Shown: piece by piece, positions 19,179 to 28,773 of the stretch
How positions within the stretch are numbered: position 1 is the first letter of the stretch
Layout of the letters: every line of letters starts with the position of its first letter
Assembly: GCA_022708505.1 (NCBI GenBank)
Contig: JAKIYP010000002.1
Location: forward strand, 5,014 to 69,013
DNA length: 64,000 nt
Direction of reading: 5' to 3'
Source of the DNA: Bacteroidota bacterium
GTDB taxonomy: Bacteria; Bacteroidota; Bacteroidia; Bacteroidales; Paludibacteraceae
Translations under genes and position numbers: made by a program
Notes under the pieces: generated by a model
What the model saw: the letters and a program-made list of their open reading frames with translations, nothing else
Told to the model about the DNA's origin: nothing
Database searches by the model: none

Positions 19179-20549
19179 TTATTTTTTAAATAATACGCGG
19201 AATGCCTCTTCCACTTTCTTAACCCGGATGATTTCCATGTTGATTTTGTCGAGGTTGAGGCCTTTGAGGTCGAAATTGGGAATGATCATTTTGGTAAAAC
19301 CGAGTTTTTCGGCTTCACGGATACGTTGCTCGATGCGGTTGATGGGACGGATTTCACCGGAGAGTCCAACTTCACCGGCCATGCACACATGCTTTTCAAT
19401 GGCAATGTCCACATTGGAAGAAAGGATAGCAGAGATGACAGCCAGGTCGATAGCCGGATCATTGACTTTGATACCACCGGCAATATTCAAAAACACGTCT
19501 TTTTGTGCCAATTTAAAACCTACACGTTTTTCGAGTACGGCAAGCAACATATTCAGCCTGCGTAAATCGAAACCGGTGGAAGAACGCTGGGGGGTTCCAT
19601 AAGCTGCCGAGCTCACAAGTGATTGTACTTCAATTAAAAACGGCCGAATACCTTCCACTGCTGAAGCAATGGCCACCCCGCTGAGCCCTTCGTGGTTTTG
19701 TGACAACAATAATTCTGAGGGGTTGCTCACTTCCCGTAAGCCGTTGTGCTGCATTTCGAAAATGCCCAGCTCGGCAGTACTTCCGAAGCGGTTTTTAATG
19801 GCTCTCAGGATGCGATACATGTAGTGCTGGTCACCCTCGAACTGCAACACCGTATCCACAATGTGCTCCAACACTTTCGGGCCGGCAATGCTGCCTTCTT
19901 TGTTGATGTGCCCGATGAGCAACACAGGCGTTCCGGAACTTTTGCAGTATTTCAGTAAAGCCGCGGCACATTCACGCACCTGCGACACAGAACCGGGAGA
20001 GGATTCGATGGTTTCGGTCGACACCGTCTGAATGGAATCGACCACCACCAAATCGGGGTTGATGTTGCTGATGTGTACAAAAATCTGTTCGAGGGAGGTC
20101 TCGCTAACTACATAACAGTCGGCCGCATCGGGACTTAAGCGTTCCGCACGCAGCTTGATTTGCTTAACACTTTCTTCGCCTGAAACATAGAGTACTTTAC
20201 GATTGCGGATGTTCAGCACCACCTGCAACACGAGTGTTGACTTACCAATACCCGGCTCGCCACCAATGAGTACGAGTGATCCGGGAACCAATCCCCCACC
20301 CAGTACCCGGTTTAGCTCACCCGAATGCGTATCAATCCGGCTTTCCTCGGTTGTTTCAACCTGAGAAATCAACACCGGCTTCTCCTTTGTCACCTGAATA
20401 CCCGCCAGCTGGATGCTTTGCTTGCTCTCCTTGCTGATGATTTCTTCGACATAGGTATTCCATTCCCCGCAGGACGGACATTTTCCTATCCACTTCGGAG
20501 AATCGTTGCCGCAGTTTTGGCAGACGTATACGCTCTTGGTTTTTGCCAT
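19179..20549 (-). CDS. radA: DNA repair protein RadA/Sms
   Basis: C4 zinc finger, GEPGIGKSTL, KNRFG, Lon-like C-terminus. Confidence 0.97.
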   Translation of the reverse strand: MAKTKSVYVCQNCGNDSPKWIGKCPSCGEWNTYVEEIISKESKQSIQLAGIQVTKEKPVLISQVETTEESRIDTHSGELNRVLGGGLVPGSLVLIGGEPGIGKSTLVLQVVLNIRNRKVLYVSGEESVKQIKLRAERLSPDAADCYVVSETSLEQIFVHISNINPDLVVVDSIQTVSTETIESSPGSVSQVRECAAALLKYCKSSGTPVLLIGHINKEGSIAGPKVLEHIVDTVLQFEGDQHYMYRILRAIKNRFGSTAELGIFEMQHNGLREVSNPSELLLSQNHEGLSGVAIASAVEGIRPFLIEVQSLVSSAAYGTPQRSSTGFDLRRLNMLLAVLEKRVGFKLAQKDVFLNIAGGIKVNDPAIDLAVISAILSSNVDIAIEKHVCMAGEVGLSGEIRPINRIEQRIREAEKLGFTKMIIPNFDLKGLNLDKINMEIIRVKKVEEAFRVLFKK

Positions 20550-20564
20550 TCTTTATTGTTTATT

Positions 20565-20749
20565 AACCACAAAAGGCACAAAAGAAAGACTAAGAAATCA
20601 CAAAAGAATCAATAATGAATAGTGTATAATTTTCAGTTGAAAAAGTTTAAGTGTCTAACGTCTTAATTCTTTAACATTCAATAATTCTTATTGTTTTTTG
20701 AATTATTCTTTTGTGATTTCTTAGTCTTCCTTTTGTGCCTTTTGTGGTT
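20565..20749. repeat. 45-bp inverted repeat pair (20565-20609 / 20705-20749) around an AT-rich 95-bp core; MITE-like
   Basis: Arms differ at one position; each contains three CACAAAAG units. Confidence 0.9.
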
Positions 20750-20756
20750 TAAATAT

Positions 20757-21512
20757 TTAAAACGCGTCAATGATCGCTTTGAAGTCAGCCACTTTCAACG
20801 AAGCGCCACCAATCAAACCGCCATCCACATCGGGATTTGAGAATAATTCTTTGGCATTACCAGCATTGCAACTTCCACCATACAGGATAGAGCAATTATC
20901 AGCTACTTCCTGACCATATTTAGCAGCCAAAGTCTGACGAATAAACGCATGCATTTCCTGTGCCTGAGCAGCAGAAGCCGTTTTACCGGTTCCGATAGCC
21001 CATACCGGTTCGTAAGCCAGTACTATTTTACCGAAATCTTCAGCAGATAATTCGAATAATGAATCCACGATTTGAGATTTCACCACGTCGAAATGTTTTT
21101 CTGCTTCTCTTTCAGCCAATACTTCACCGATGCAGAAGATAGGAGTCAGTTCGTTTTTAAGCGCCAACTCAACTTTGGTTTTCAGCGTTTCAGCTGTTTC
21201 ACCATAATATGCACGTCTTTCAGAGTGACCTAAAATAACATAATTCGCACCGGTAGATTTCACCATCGAAGCTGAAATTTCACCTGTATAAGCGCCTGAT
21301 TCTTTATTGGCACAGTTTTGAGCAGCTACACCGATTTTGTTAGTGTCGATGGCAGCAGCCACGCTGGCAAGGTGGATAAACGGCGTACCGATTACCACAT
21401 CACAATTTGGTGTTGCACCTTTCAACGCTCCGTTCAGTTCTTCAGCCAACGCCAACCCTTCCTGCAGGGTTTTATTCATTTTCCAGTTACCTGCTACAAT
21501 GTTTTTTCTCAT
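20757..21512 (-). CDS. tpiA: triosephosphate isomerase
   Basis: [24 protein letters not shown]; start taken at MRKNIV. Confidence 0.97.
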   Translation of the reverse strand: MRKNIVAGNWKMNKTLQEGLALAEELNGALKGATPNCDVVIGTPFIHLASVAAAIDTNKIGVAAQNCANKESGAYTGEISASMVKSTGANYVILGHSERRAYYGETAETLKTKVELALKNELTPIFCIGEVLAEREAEKHFDVVKSQIVDSLFELSAEDFGKIVLAYEPVWAIGTGKTASAAQAQEMHAFIRQTLAAKYGQEVADNCSILYGGSCNAGNAKELFSNPDVDGGLIGGASLKVADFKAIIDAF

Positions 21513-21567
21513 TTTTTTGTTTGATATTTTATGTTTGACAATGTTTTTATTTGAATTATATTCCACA

Positions 21568-21600
21568 AGACCTGTCAGGTTTTAAAAACCTGACAGGTCT
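21568..21600. repeat. REP-like double palindrome AGACCTGTCAGGTTTT-A-AAAACCTGACAGGTCT
   Basis: Perfect 16-bp arms; second copy at 32042-32074. Confidence 0.9.
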
Positions 21601-21611
21601 GATTGTTTTTA

Positions 21612-22757
21612 TCACAATCGTTTTCCATTCCATTTCCCCTTCACCGTTCCATCCACCAATTTCATCACCCCGGGATTGGCCCGTATCATGGTTTTAAGGG
21701 TTATCGGATCGGTTTTATAAAAGGGGAATGTGATTCCGTATTTCGTTTTAAATTCCTGAATATCCTGAGTGGAAGAAGCCGTCAGGGCATAAACTTTCAC
21801 CTCCGGATGTTCGTTCAGCTTGTATGCGACAAAATCCTTTACTTTTTCGATGCCTTTCTCTGATGTTTTTTGCAGGTCATACATCACGATTAAATAGGTC
21901 GTCCCTTCATAATTCAGCACTTCTTCCGTTACATCCTCAAATTCAGCCGTCAAAATCACCAAATCGTGGATAGGTGGTTTGTATCCTTCCGAAATCAGTT
22001 TGGTTTCCTGGCTGACAAATGTCCAGCTGGAATCCGGTAATTGGTCGATAGAGAATATTCTTCTGGATCCTTCCTTTTCGTATACAAAGTTATATTCATA
22101 CACATCGCCCGGCGCATCATCAGGAACTTTCATTGCATCGGGAATATTTACACCAACTTTATACGGACGAAAATCCAACACCGGCAGGTGTGTCAGGTTA
22201 TAAATCATAAAACCGAATGATGCCACAAAAAAGACGATAATAAATCCCCATTCGACATTCGGCAGAAAAATCTTGCTGTATTTTTTCTGAAAAATAAAGA
22301 GTAATAAAGTCAGGATGAAAAAGAAAACATTTTTGTAGAAAGTCATCCAGTTACTTATTTTCAGGGCATCGCCGAAACACCCGCAATCCGTAACCGGGTT
22401 ATACAGGGCAATATATAAAGTCAGTGGCGTCATAACCAGCATAAAAACGAAAGCCAGCCACGACGAGAACTTGAATTTAACCTGAAAAATGAGATTCAGT
22501 CCGATGAGTAATTCCAGGGCAATCAGCAGAAAAGCAGCCGGGAAAGCCATGAAGGTCAATCCACCCCAGATGCCATCGAAAGCCGTGAGATAATCTTCAA
22601 TTTTGTAAACTGTACCCAGCGGATCCACCGCCTTCACGAATCCGGAAAAAGCAAACACCAGGCCAATGAGCAGGCGGTTGGCATGCAGCAAAACCGGAAG
22701 CGTACCGAGCAGCTTACCCGATCCGGAAGTCATGGTATGTCTGCGCTTTCTTTTCAA
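21612..22757 (-). CDS. DoxX/MauE-like membrane protein with thioredoxin-like C-terminus (BT_3928 type)
   Basis: FSGFVKAVDP, DCGCFGD, KTMIRANPG; the true start may be ATG at 22733. Confidence 0.8.
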   Translation of the reverse strand: MKRKRRHTMTSGSGKLLGTLPVLLHANRLLIGLVFAFSGFVKAVDPLGTVYKIEDYLTAFDGIWGGLTFMAFPAAFLLIALELLIGLNLIFQVKFKFSSWLAFVFMLVMTPLTLYIALYNPVTDCGCFGDALKISNWMTFYKNVFFFILTLLLFIFQKKYSKIFLPNVEWGFIIVFFVASFGFMIYNLTHLPVLDFRPYKVGVNIPDAMKVPDDAPGDVYEYNFVYEKEGSRRIFSIDQLPDSSWTFVSQETKLISEGYKPPIHDLVILTAEFEDVTEEVLNYEGTTYLIVMYDLQKTSEKGIEKVKDFVAYKLNEHPEVKVYALTASSTQDIQEFKTKYGITFPFYKTDPITLKTMIRANPGVMKLVDGTVKGKWNGKRL

Positions 22758-23296
22758 GAATTTTCCTCCATTTTTATCAAACCGAAGACTGCGTAGTTAA
22801 TCATATCGAAGTAGTTGGCATCGATGCCTTCGGAAATAATGGTTACACCCTGGTTATCTTCAATCTGTTTGGTGCGGTTTATTTTCATCAGGATTAAATC
22901 CGTGTACGATTCCATGCGCATCGAACGCCAGGCTTCATCGTAATCATGGTTTTTAGCCATCATCAGTTCTTTGGCCTGTTGTAAATATTTATTGTAAAGT
23001 GCCAGTCCGTTATCATAACTCAGGTCATCCGCTTCCGAAACACCCAGTTCCAATTGAATTAATCCAATTACACCATAATTCACAATCGCGATTAATTCAG
23101 AACGGATGCCTTCATCTACTTTAGCCACGCCTTTGGTTTCGATACTACGGATACGGTTGGCTTTGATATAAATCTGGTCGGTCACTGATTTCGGGCGTAG
23201 AATGCGCCAGGAAGCGCCGTAATCCTTCATTTTCTTGGTAAAAATATCACGGCAAATGGTGGCAACCTGATCGAATTGTTTGTCGGTGTGGCTCAT
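22754..23296 (-). CDS. DUF1599 domain protein
   Basis: Duplicated KKMKDYG.SWR / KNHDYDEAWR motif. Confidence 0.85.
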   Translation of the reverse strand: MSHTDKQFDQVATICRDIFTKKMKDYGASWRILRPKSVTDQIYIKANRIRSIETKGVAKVDEGIRSELIAIVNYGVIGLIQLELGVSEADDLSYDNGLALYNKYLQQAKELMMAKNHDYDEAWRSMRMESYTDLILMKINRTKQIEDNQGVTIISEGIDANYFDMINYAVFGLIKMEENS

Positions 23297-23363
23297 ACTG
23301 ACAGTTTATTTTTTTGAGCAACAAAGGTACAATTATTTGTTGAAATGAACAACGGGAAAATTA

Positions 23364-23405
23364 GTCGCCAGTTTACGGTTTACGGTCAACAGTCTACAGT
23401 CAGAA
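23364..23405. repeat. degenerate heptamer array (GTCGCCA GTTTACG GTTTACG GTCAACA GTCTACA GTCAGAA)
   Basis: 7-nt period; shares units with the 55950 array. Confidence 0.75.
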
Positions 23406-23428
23406 GTGAATCGTATTTAGCCGGAAAA

Positions 23429-23737
23429 CTATAAATCTGATATTAATAACGACGCAACAACTCTTTGAATATACACGACTGATCCGTTGACAGTGTAGAT
23501 AATTGTCATGCGTTTGTAGTTTATTTTTCTGACATTCTTCCCGTATTGTTGAAATACTTTTTGGGTTTGAATAGAATAGGATTGAGCACTATAAGATAGT
23601 TTTCTGATCTCATCAAATAACCCCTGAACATACCTAAAAGCCGTTATCGGGGCTTTGTACTCAAACACGATAAATTCATATAGTTTATGAATGTCTTCTT
23701 TGGCTTTTTTTGAATAAACAACTTCAAAACAATCCAT
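23429..23737 (-). CDS. RelE/ParE family toxin
   Basis: VVYSKKAKEDI..LYEFI N-terminus and IIYTV..VYIQRV C-terminus; 102 aa. Confidence 0.75.
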   Translation of the reverse strand: MDCFEVVYSKKAKEDIHKLYEFIVFEYKAPITAFRYVQGLFDEIRKLSYSAQSYSIQTQKVFQQYGKNVRKINYKRMTIIYTVNGSVVYIQRVVASLLISDL

Positions 23738-23738
23738 T

Positions 23739-23951
23739 TCAATATTTCAACTTATAGTTTGTACCATAATGTTCGTTTAATCTTTCTATTAGTTCTCCAA
23801 ACACCTCTTCGTGGGTATAGGTTTTTTCTTCTGTAATCTCTTGGTTCAAAGGATTCTTAACTGTAACTACTTTTTTCTGTTTTTCCGGCACTTTATCCCG
23901 GCTTTTCCTTTTTGAAGTAGAGATTTCAATATGCGCAATTGTCTTGTTCAT
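23739..23951 (-). CDS. putative antitoxin partner
   Basis: 70-aa ORF (MNKTIAHIEIS...) ending 1 bp before the toxin start; acidic C-terminal helix. Confidence 0.55.
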   Translation of the reverse strand: MNKTIAHIEISTSKRKSRDKVPEKQKKVVTVKNPLNQEITEEKTYTHEEVFGELIERLNEHYGTNYKLKY

Positions 23952-24098
23952 AATTATTCGTTTTAGTCCTTGCAAAGATAGATTTTCTAAGTCGATTTTC
24001 ATTCAGAAATAAAGTTAAAACCATTAAATAACTTTAACAATGATATATTTGTTTATCTCAACATATCCCAATACATTTGCAGCCTTTATTCAGCAGCG

Positions 24099-25058
24099 GT
24101 GAAAATAAATAAGGTATCAGATAAATTTAAAAGCCCAAATGACTCAGGTAAATATTCCGGTTGGATATACCTGGCCGGCATATTGATGTGTTTTTTTCCC
24201 TTTGTTTCTCCTGCCATATCCCTGACCGCCGGTTTGCTCTTATCTCTGATTGGTATCAGACATGACTACTTTCACCGGCACACGGCTACAATCCTGCAAC
24301 TTTCCATCGTTTTATTGGGTTTCGGGATGAATCTCGACGATGTCATTCATGCTTCCAAAAGTGGATTTATTGAAACGCTGGTCTCTGTTACGACAGTCAT
24401 GATCCTGGGTATTCTGTTAGGGAAACTCTTCAAAATAGAAAAAAATATTGCACTGTTGATTTCCACCGGGACAGCCATTTGCGGTGGCAGTGCCATTGCT
24501 GCGGTTGCGCCCATCCTCAAAAGTAAAAATTACCAGAATTCATTCGCACTGATTGTCGTATTCGTTCTCAATGCGGTCGCGTTGTTGCTGTTCCCATTCA
24601 TCGGGCACAAACTGGGATTGAGTCAGGAAGTCTTTGGTAATTGGGCAGCCATCGCCATTCACGACACCAGTTCCGTAGTTGGTGCAGGTGCCATTTACGG
24701 CGAAAAAGCCCTGCAAATAGCCACCACCGTGAAACTGATCCGTGCCTTGTGGATCATCCCGCTTTCGTTGGTGATAGCACTGTTAAACAAACGCGACGGC
24801 AAGCATACCATTCAATTCCCCTGGTTTATCCTGTTTTTTGTGTTGGCCATCCTATTTGCCAACTTTTTCCCTTCGTTCGAACAAAGTTACCTTCATCTCA
24901 ACTGGCTGGGGAAACGCGGCATGGTCATCGCCCTGTTCCTCATTGGTTCCAACATCACCATCCGGCAAATCAGGCAATCGGGTGCTAAAAGTTTTGCTTA
25001 TGGCATCGTGCTGTGGATTGTTACTGCAATCGGGTCGCTGGTATTTTTGCAGCTTTAA
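24099..25058 (+). CDS. YeiH/putative sulfate exporter family membrane protein
   Basis: GTAICGGSAIAA, AIHDTSSVVG, TVKLIRALW. Confidence 0.9.
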   Translation: MKINKVSDKFKSPNDSGKYSGWIYLAGILMCFFPFVSPAISLTAGLLLSLIGIRHDYFHRHTATILQLSIVLLGFGMNLDDVIHASKSGFIETLVSVTTVMILGILLGKLFKIEKNIALLISTGTAICGGSAIAAVAPILKSKNYQNSFALIVVFVLNAVALLLFPFIGHKLGLSQEVFGNWAAIAIHDTSSVVGAGAIYGEKALQIATTVKLIRALWIIPLSLVIALLNKRDGKHTIQFPWFILFFVLAILFANFFPSFEQSYLHLNWLGKRGMVIALFLIGSNITIRQIRQSGAKSFAYGIVLWIVTAIGSLVFLQL

Positions 25059-25207
25059 AATAATTCCTGCTGAATATTATCCACGAAAGCAACAAAATAA
25101 AACACATCTACTTTATTTCTAACAGCAAATAAACAATTGAAATGCTATCAAAAGAATATTGTAAAGTAAATCAGAAAACAAAATAAAAGATACATCTGTT
25201 ATAATTT

Positions 25208-25708
25208 ATGTCATTTTATAACAATTGTAAGCATATGAATCCGATTGAAAAAGTCTCAGTAATTTTTATATCTATACTTATCTCAATGATAAGCGGATAT
25301 ATATCAATTGCCTCAGCACAAATTCCCCAAAACGGTGTATACGCAGAACTATTAGGTACAGGGATACTGGCAACTGTAAATTATGAACGGTATTTACCAA
25401 TTACAAAAAACAGTCACCTGGGTGCCAACATCGGACTTGGATTTCCCGAAAGAAATTATCCTTACAATCCCTATATTCCACTTACATTGACTTACAGTCT
25501 TGGATCTAGTAAAAATTTTCTGGAAACCGGAATTGGTATGACTTACAGAACCGACTTTGCTGCAAAAGCACATTTGGTGTTAGGTTATAAACGAATGTCA
25601 CAAAATGGCCTGCTATTAAAATTAAGAATCACACCTATTATGGGAACAACCAATGATCGTTTCGTTTTCTTACCCTGGTTAGGTATTGCATTAGGTTATT
25701 CTTTTTAA
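25208..25708 (+). CDS. hypothetical outer-membrane beta-barrel-like protein
   Basis: Signal peptide, amphipathic strands, C-terminal LGYSF. Confidence 0.6.
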   Translation: MSFYNNCKHMNPIEKVSVIFISILISMISGYISIASAQIPQNGVYAELLGTGILATVNYERYLPITKNSHLGANIGLGFPERNYPYNPYIPLTLTYSLGSSKNFLETGIGMTYRTDFAAKAHLVLGYKRMSQNGLLLKLRITPIMGTTNDRFVFLPWLGIALGYSF

Positions 25709-25709
25709 T

Positions 25710-26753
25710 TCACCCCTTCAATTTTTCAAAATACATAGCAAATGACCGGTACAAAAAATGCGTCCATTTGCCAAAGGGAACAATGATCAACGCCCATTGT
25801 ACCAGGATGGTGAAATGAAAAATGTACAGCCACTTGTTGCTCTCCAACCACGACATATCCTGGAAGAATTTCACCAGGAAGGCGGTCAGTCCCATCAATA
25901 GTAACCAAACAACAAAAAACCAGTCAGATGGCTGTGAGTTTTTGGTTACTGCCTGTTTCTTTTGGATGCGATGACGTACAAAGTCAACCGTAATGATGAA
26001 CACCAGTCCGCTTAACACATATCCCAATACATGCACAAACAAACTTTCGGTAGAGAACCAGTCGAGAAACACCGTTGTAAACAGCAGGGACAGATATGCC
26101 AGTACCAGGATGAAATGCTCAAACCAACGGAATTGATTATCGTCACACCCCAACGCTCTTTTCTGGGTAAACATGTGCACAAATAATTCACCCAATGATT
26201 TCACATACTTCACAAACGATACCTTGACCCCTGGTTTCAGGATGGTGAAATACCACATTCTTGCGATATTTGGGAGTAATATTACCACCCCTACCGAACC
26301 AATGGCAACCATTTCGAATAAATGCCCGACTTCCATCAAATGCTCCAGATTAAACTGATGTTGCATCGCGTAAAACAAGACACCAGCCAATGTCAGCACA
26401 AATGCTACCAAGCTGAGCGGTAAAGATTTATAAAGCAAACCTGACAGTCCGGTCCAGTCGTACTGCGCCATTAGCCAGCGGCGGAGACTCATCATCAACT
26501 CACTTGGGTCGGCCTGTCGCGGACAATCCGTGGTACATTCGCCACAAGCATAACACTGCCAGGGTTTCAGCGATGATTTTATTTCATCTTCCAACCCAAG
26601 CGTTGTATATCGCACCATCTCCCTCGGGAAAGAACTCTCAGCCGTGGAAAGCGAGCAAATTGCCGTACAGTTACCACAATTGTAACACGCGCTGAAATCT
26701 TTTTCTCCGTATTTATATAGTTCCGATACAAAATCGGGATTCACTCTTGCCAT
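25710..26753 (-). CDS. QmoC-like protein: 2x[4Fe-4S] domain fused to a membrane cytochrome-b-like domain
   Basis: CYNCGNCTAIC and CYACGECTTDCP, about 6 TM helices with His residues, PFGKWTHFLYR ending. Confidence 0.8.
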   Translation of the reverse strand: MARVNPDFVSELYKYGEKDFSACYNCGNCTAICSLSTAESSFPREMVRYTTLGLEDEIKSSLKPWQCYACGECTTDCPRQADPSELMMSLRRWLMAQYDWTGLSGLLYKSLPLSLVAFVLTLAGVLFYAMQHQFNLEHLMEVGHLFEMVAIGSVGVVILLPNIARMWYFTILKPGVKVSFVKYVKSLGELFVHMFTQKRALGCDDNQFRWFEHFILVLAYLSLLFTTVFLDWFSTESLFVHVLGYVLSGLVFIITVDFVRHRIQKKQAVTKNSQPSDWFFVVWLLLMGLTAFLVKFFQDMSWLESNKWLYIFHFTILVQWALIIVPFGKWTHFLYRSFAMYFEKLKG

Positions 26754-26756
26754 ACA

Positions 26757-28772
26757 TCAATGATTTTTAACTTTGTAATAAAAATAGAGTTCCTTTTCAT
26801 CCATCCTCGCAGGTTGCACGATGCCATATTTATTCATCGTCATCAAATGCCAGGTAACCAACTCTTTGCTGAGTTTTGAGTTTTCAGCTATCTGTGGAAT
26901 GGTATTCTGTTCGTTGGTCATGCCAGCCAGAATCTCTTTCCAGACCTGAGGATATTCTTTCATCTGTGTCACAGCATCTTGTTCCGATTCTTCTGCTTCT
27001 TGCTGACGTTCCGGAATATCAAACTGAGTCGTGAAACCATCTATCATAGATTCAATTTCCTTGTCGGTAAACTGCGCCACCTCGATGGCATTTTCCGGAC
27101 AAACAGGAGCACAAATACCACAGCCCGTACAAACCGCTTTATTGACTGCCGCGATACGTTTTCCACCCGCTTCGACCTCTTTCAGCGCTGTATAATCACA
27201 TACATCAGCACATTTTCCACACCAGATACAGGCATCGGGATTGATGCGCGCGATAACCGGATCGACCGAAATGGTATCCTTCGAGAGCAAGGTGTTGACC
27301 TTGGCGGCCGCCGATAAAGCCGACTGCACCGACTCGCTGATGTTGCGCGGTCCCTGACAGCTTCCGCCGATGTAAACCCCTTTGATGACGGTTTCAACCG
27401 GTTTCAGCTTCGGATGTATCTCATTGAAGAACTTATCGTTACCTATTGGGATTTTCAGGTGTTCCGAAATCCGGGTTGAATCTTCACGGGCTACCATACC
27501 CGTTACCAACACCACCATATCCACCGGAATTTCAATTTCTTTTTTGGCGGTCAGATAATCTTTTACCTTCACCAGCAATTGTTTTCCTTCTGCTGATACA
27601 AGCGGCATCTCTTTTTCTTCGTATTTCAGGTAAACATCACCCTGACGGCACGATGCTTCGTACATCACCTCGTGTTTACCATAAGTCCGGATATCCCTGA
27701 ACAAATGATATGCACGGATGTTGCCAAATTTCTCTTTCAGCTGAAGGGAAGTATGCACCGCCGCGTTGCAGCAGGTACGTGAACAATATTTATTTTCTCC
27801 TTTGGTCTGACGACTTCCCACGCAATAGATAAACGCGACACTCCCGACCGGTTTATCCTGACACATCAGTTCGCCCTTGCTCTTATCCATCAACTGGTTG
27901 AATTCGGGAAGTGTGATGACCTGCGGAAACTGCCCGTAGCCATACTCCCCTGCTTTCGGTTGATAATGATCGAAACCCGTTGCCACCAAAACCGAACCCA
28001 CGATGAAAGTCATGCGCTCATCTACTTTTACCTGGTTTACATTCGCAGCATTCAAATGGCGGGGTTTAACTTTAATTTCCACCTGAAAATTACCCAAACT
28101 TCCCGAAACCTTTTCTAAAACTGCGCCAGTGAAAAGGGTGATGTTATTACGGGATTTAATCTGTTGATACAGCTTATCAACGATTTGCCTCCCATCCTGT
28201 CCGGTCATAAAAACTTTTCCGGTTTGACCGACATGACCGCCCACGCTGAATTCCTTTTCAATCAGGAACACCTCGTGACCATTGTTGGCAAGTTCGATAG
28301 CTGCTTTCATCCCCGACACACCGGCGCCGATAACCAATACTGATTTTTTGATTTCAACTTCGATGTTATCCAACGATTCGGAATGAATTACCCTGTTGAT
28401 ACCCGCACGGATAAGACCGGCAGCTTTCACAGTAGCTTCTCTCGGTTTATCGGAATGGGGCCAGGAACATTGTTCCCGCACGTTCACCTGCACATAGTTC
28501 ATGGGATTCAGTCCGGCCCGGATAGCCACATTGCGAAAGGTATGCAAATGCAGTTTCGGGGAGCAGGAAGCCACCACGATGCCATCCAGCTGATTTGCCT
28601 GAATATCGGCTATCATGTCCTTCTGATTGGAGTCAGCACAGGCAAACATCACATCTTTCGAAACCACGATGTTTTCTTCCTTGTGAAACATCTTCCCGAG
28701 TTCCGCAACATCCACGTAGTCGGAAATATTGCCGCCGCAATGACAAATATATACACCTATTCTCTTCTTCAT
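26757..28772 (-). CDS. HdrA-family flavoprotein with C-terminal ferredoxin domain and HTH-like tail
   Basis: RIGVYICHCGGNI, VASCSP, REQCSW, VIGAGVSG, CVGSR..YCSRTCC, two CxxCxxC..CP/CD clusters. Confidence 0.88.
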   Translation of the reverse strand: MKKRIGVYICHCGGNISDYVDVAELGKMFHKEENIVVSKDVMFACADSNQKDMIADIQANQLDGIVVASCSPKLHLHTFRNVAIRAGLNPMNYVQVNVREQCSWPHSDKPREATVKAAGLIRAGINRVIHSESLDNIEVEIKKSVLVIGAGVSGMKAAIELANNGHEVFLIEKEFSVGGHVGQTGKVFMTGQDGRQIVDKLYQQIKSRNNITLFTGAVLEKVSGSLGNFQVEIKVKPRHLNAANVNQVKVDERMTFIVGSVLVATGFDHYQPKAGEYGYGQFPQVITLPEFNQLMDKSKGELMCQDKPVGSVAFIYCVGSRQTKGENKYCSRTCCNAAVHTSLQLKEKFGNIRAYHLFRDIRTYGKHEVMYEASCRQGDVYLKYEEKEMPLVSAEGKQLLVKVKDYLTAKKEIEIPVDMVVLVTGMVAREDSTRISEHLKIPIGNDKFFNEIHPKLKPVETVIKGVYIGGSCQGPRNISESVQSALSAAAKVNTLLSKDTISVDPVIARINPDACIWCGKCADVCDYTALKEVEAGGKRIAAVNKAVCTGCGICAPVCPENAIEVAQFTDKEIESMIDGFTTQFDIPERQQEAEESEQDAVTQMKEYPQVWKEILAGMTNEQNTIPQIAENSKLSKELVTWHLMTMNKYGIVQPARMDEKELYFYYKVKNH

Positions 28773-28773
28773 A

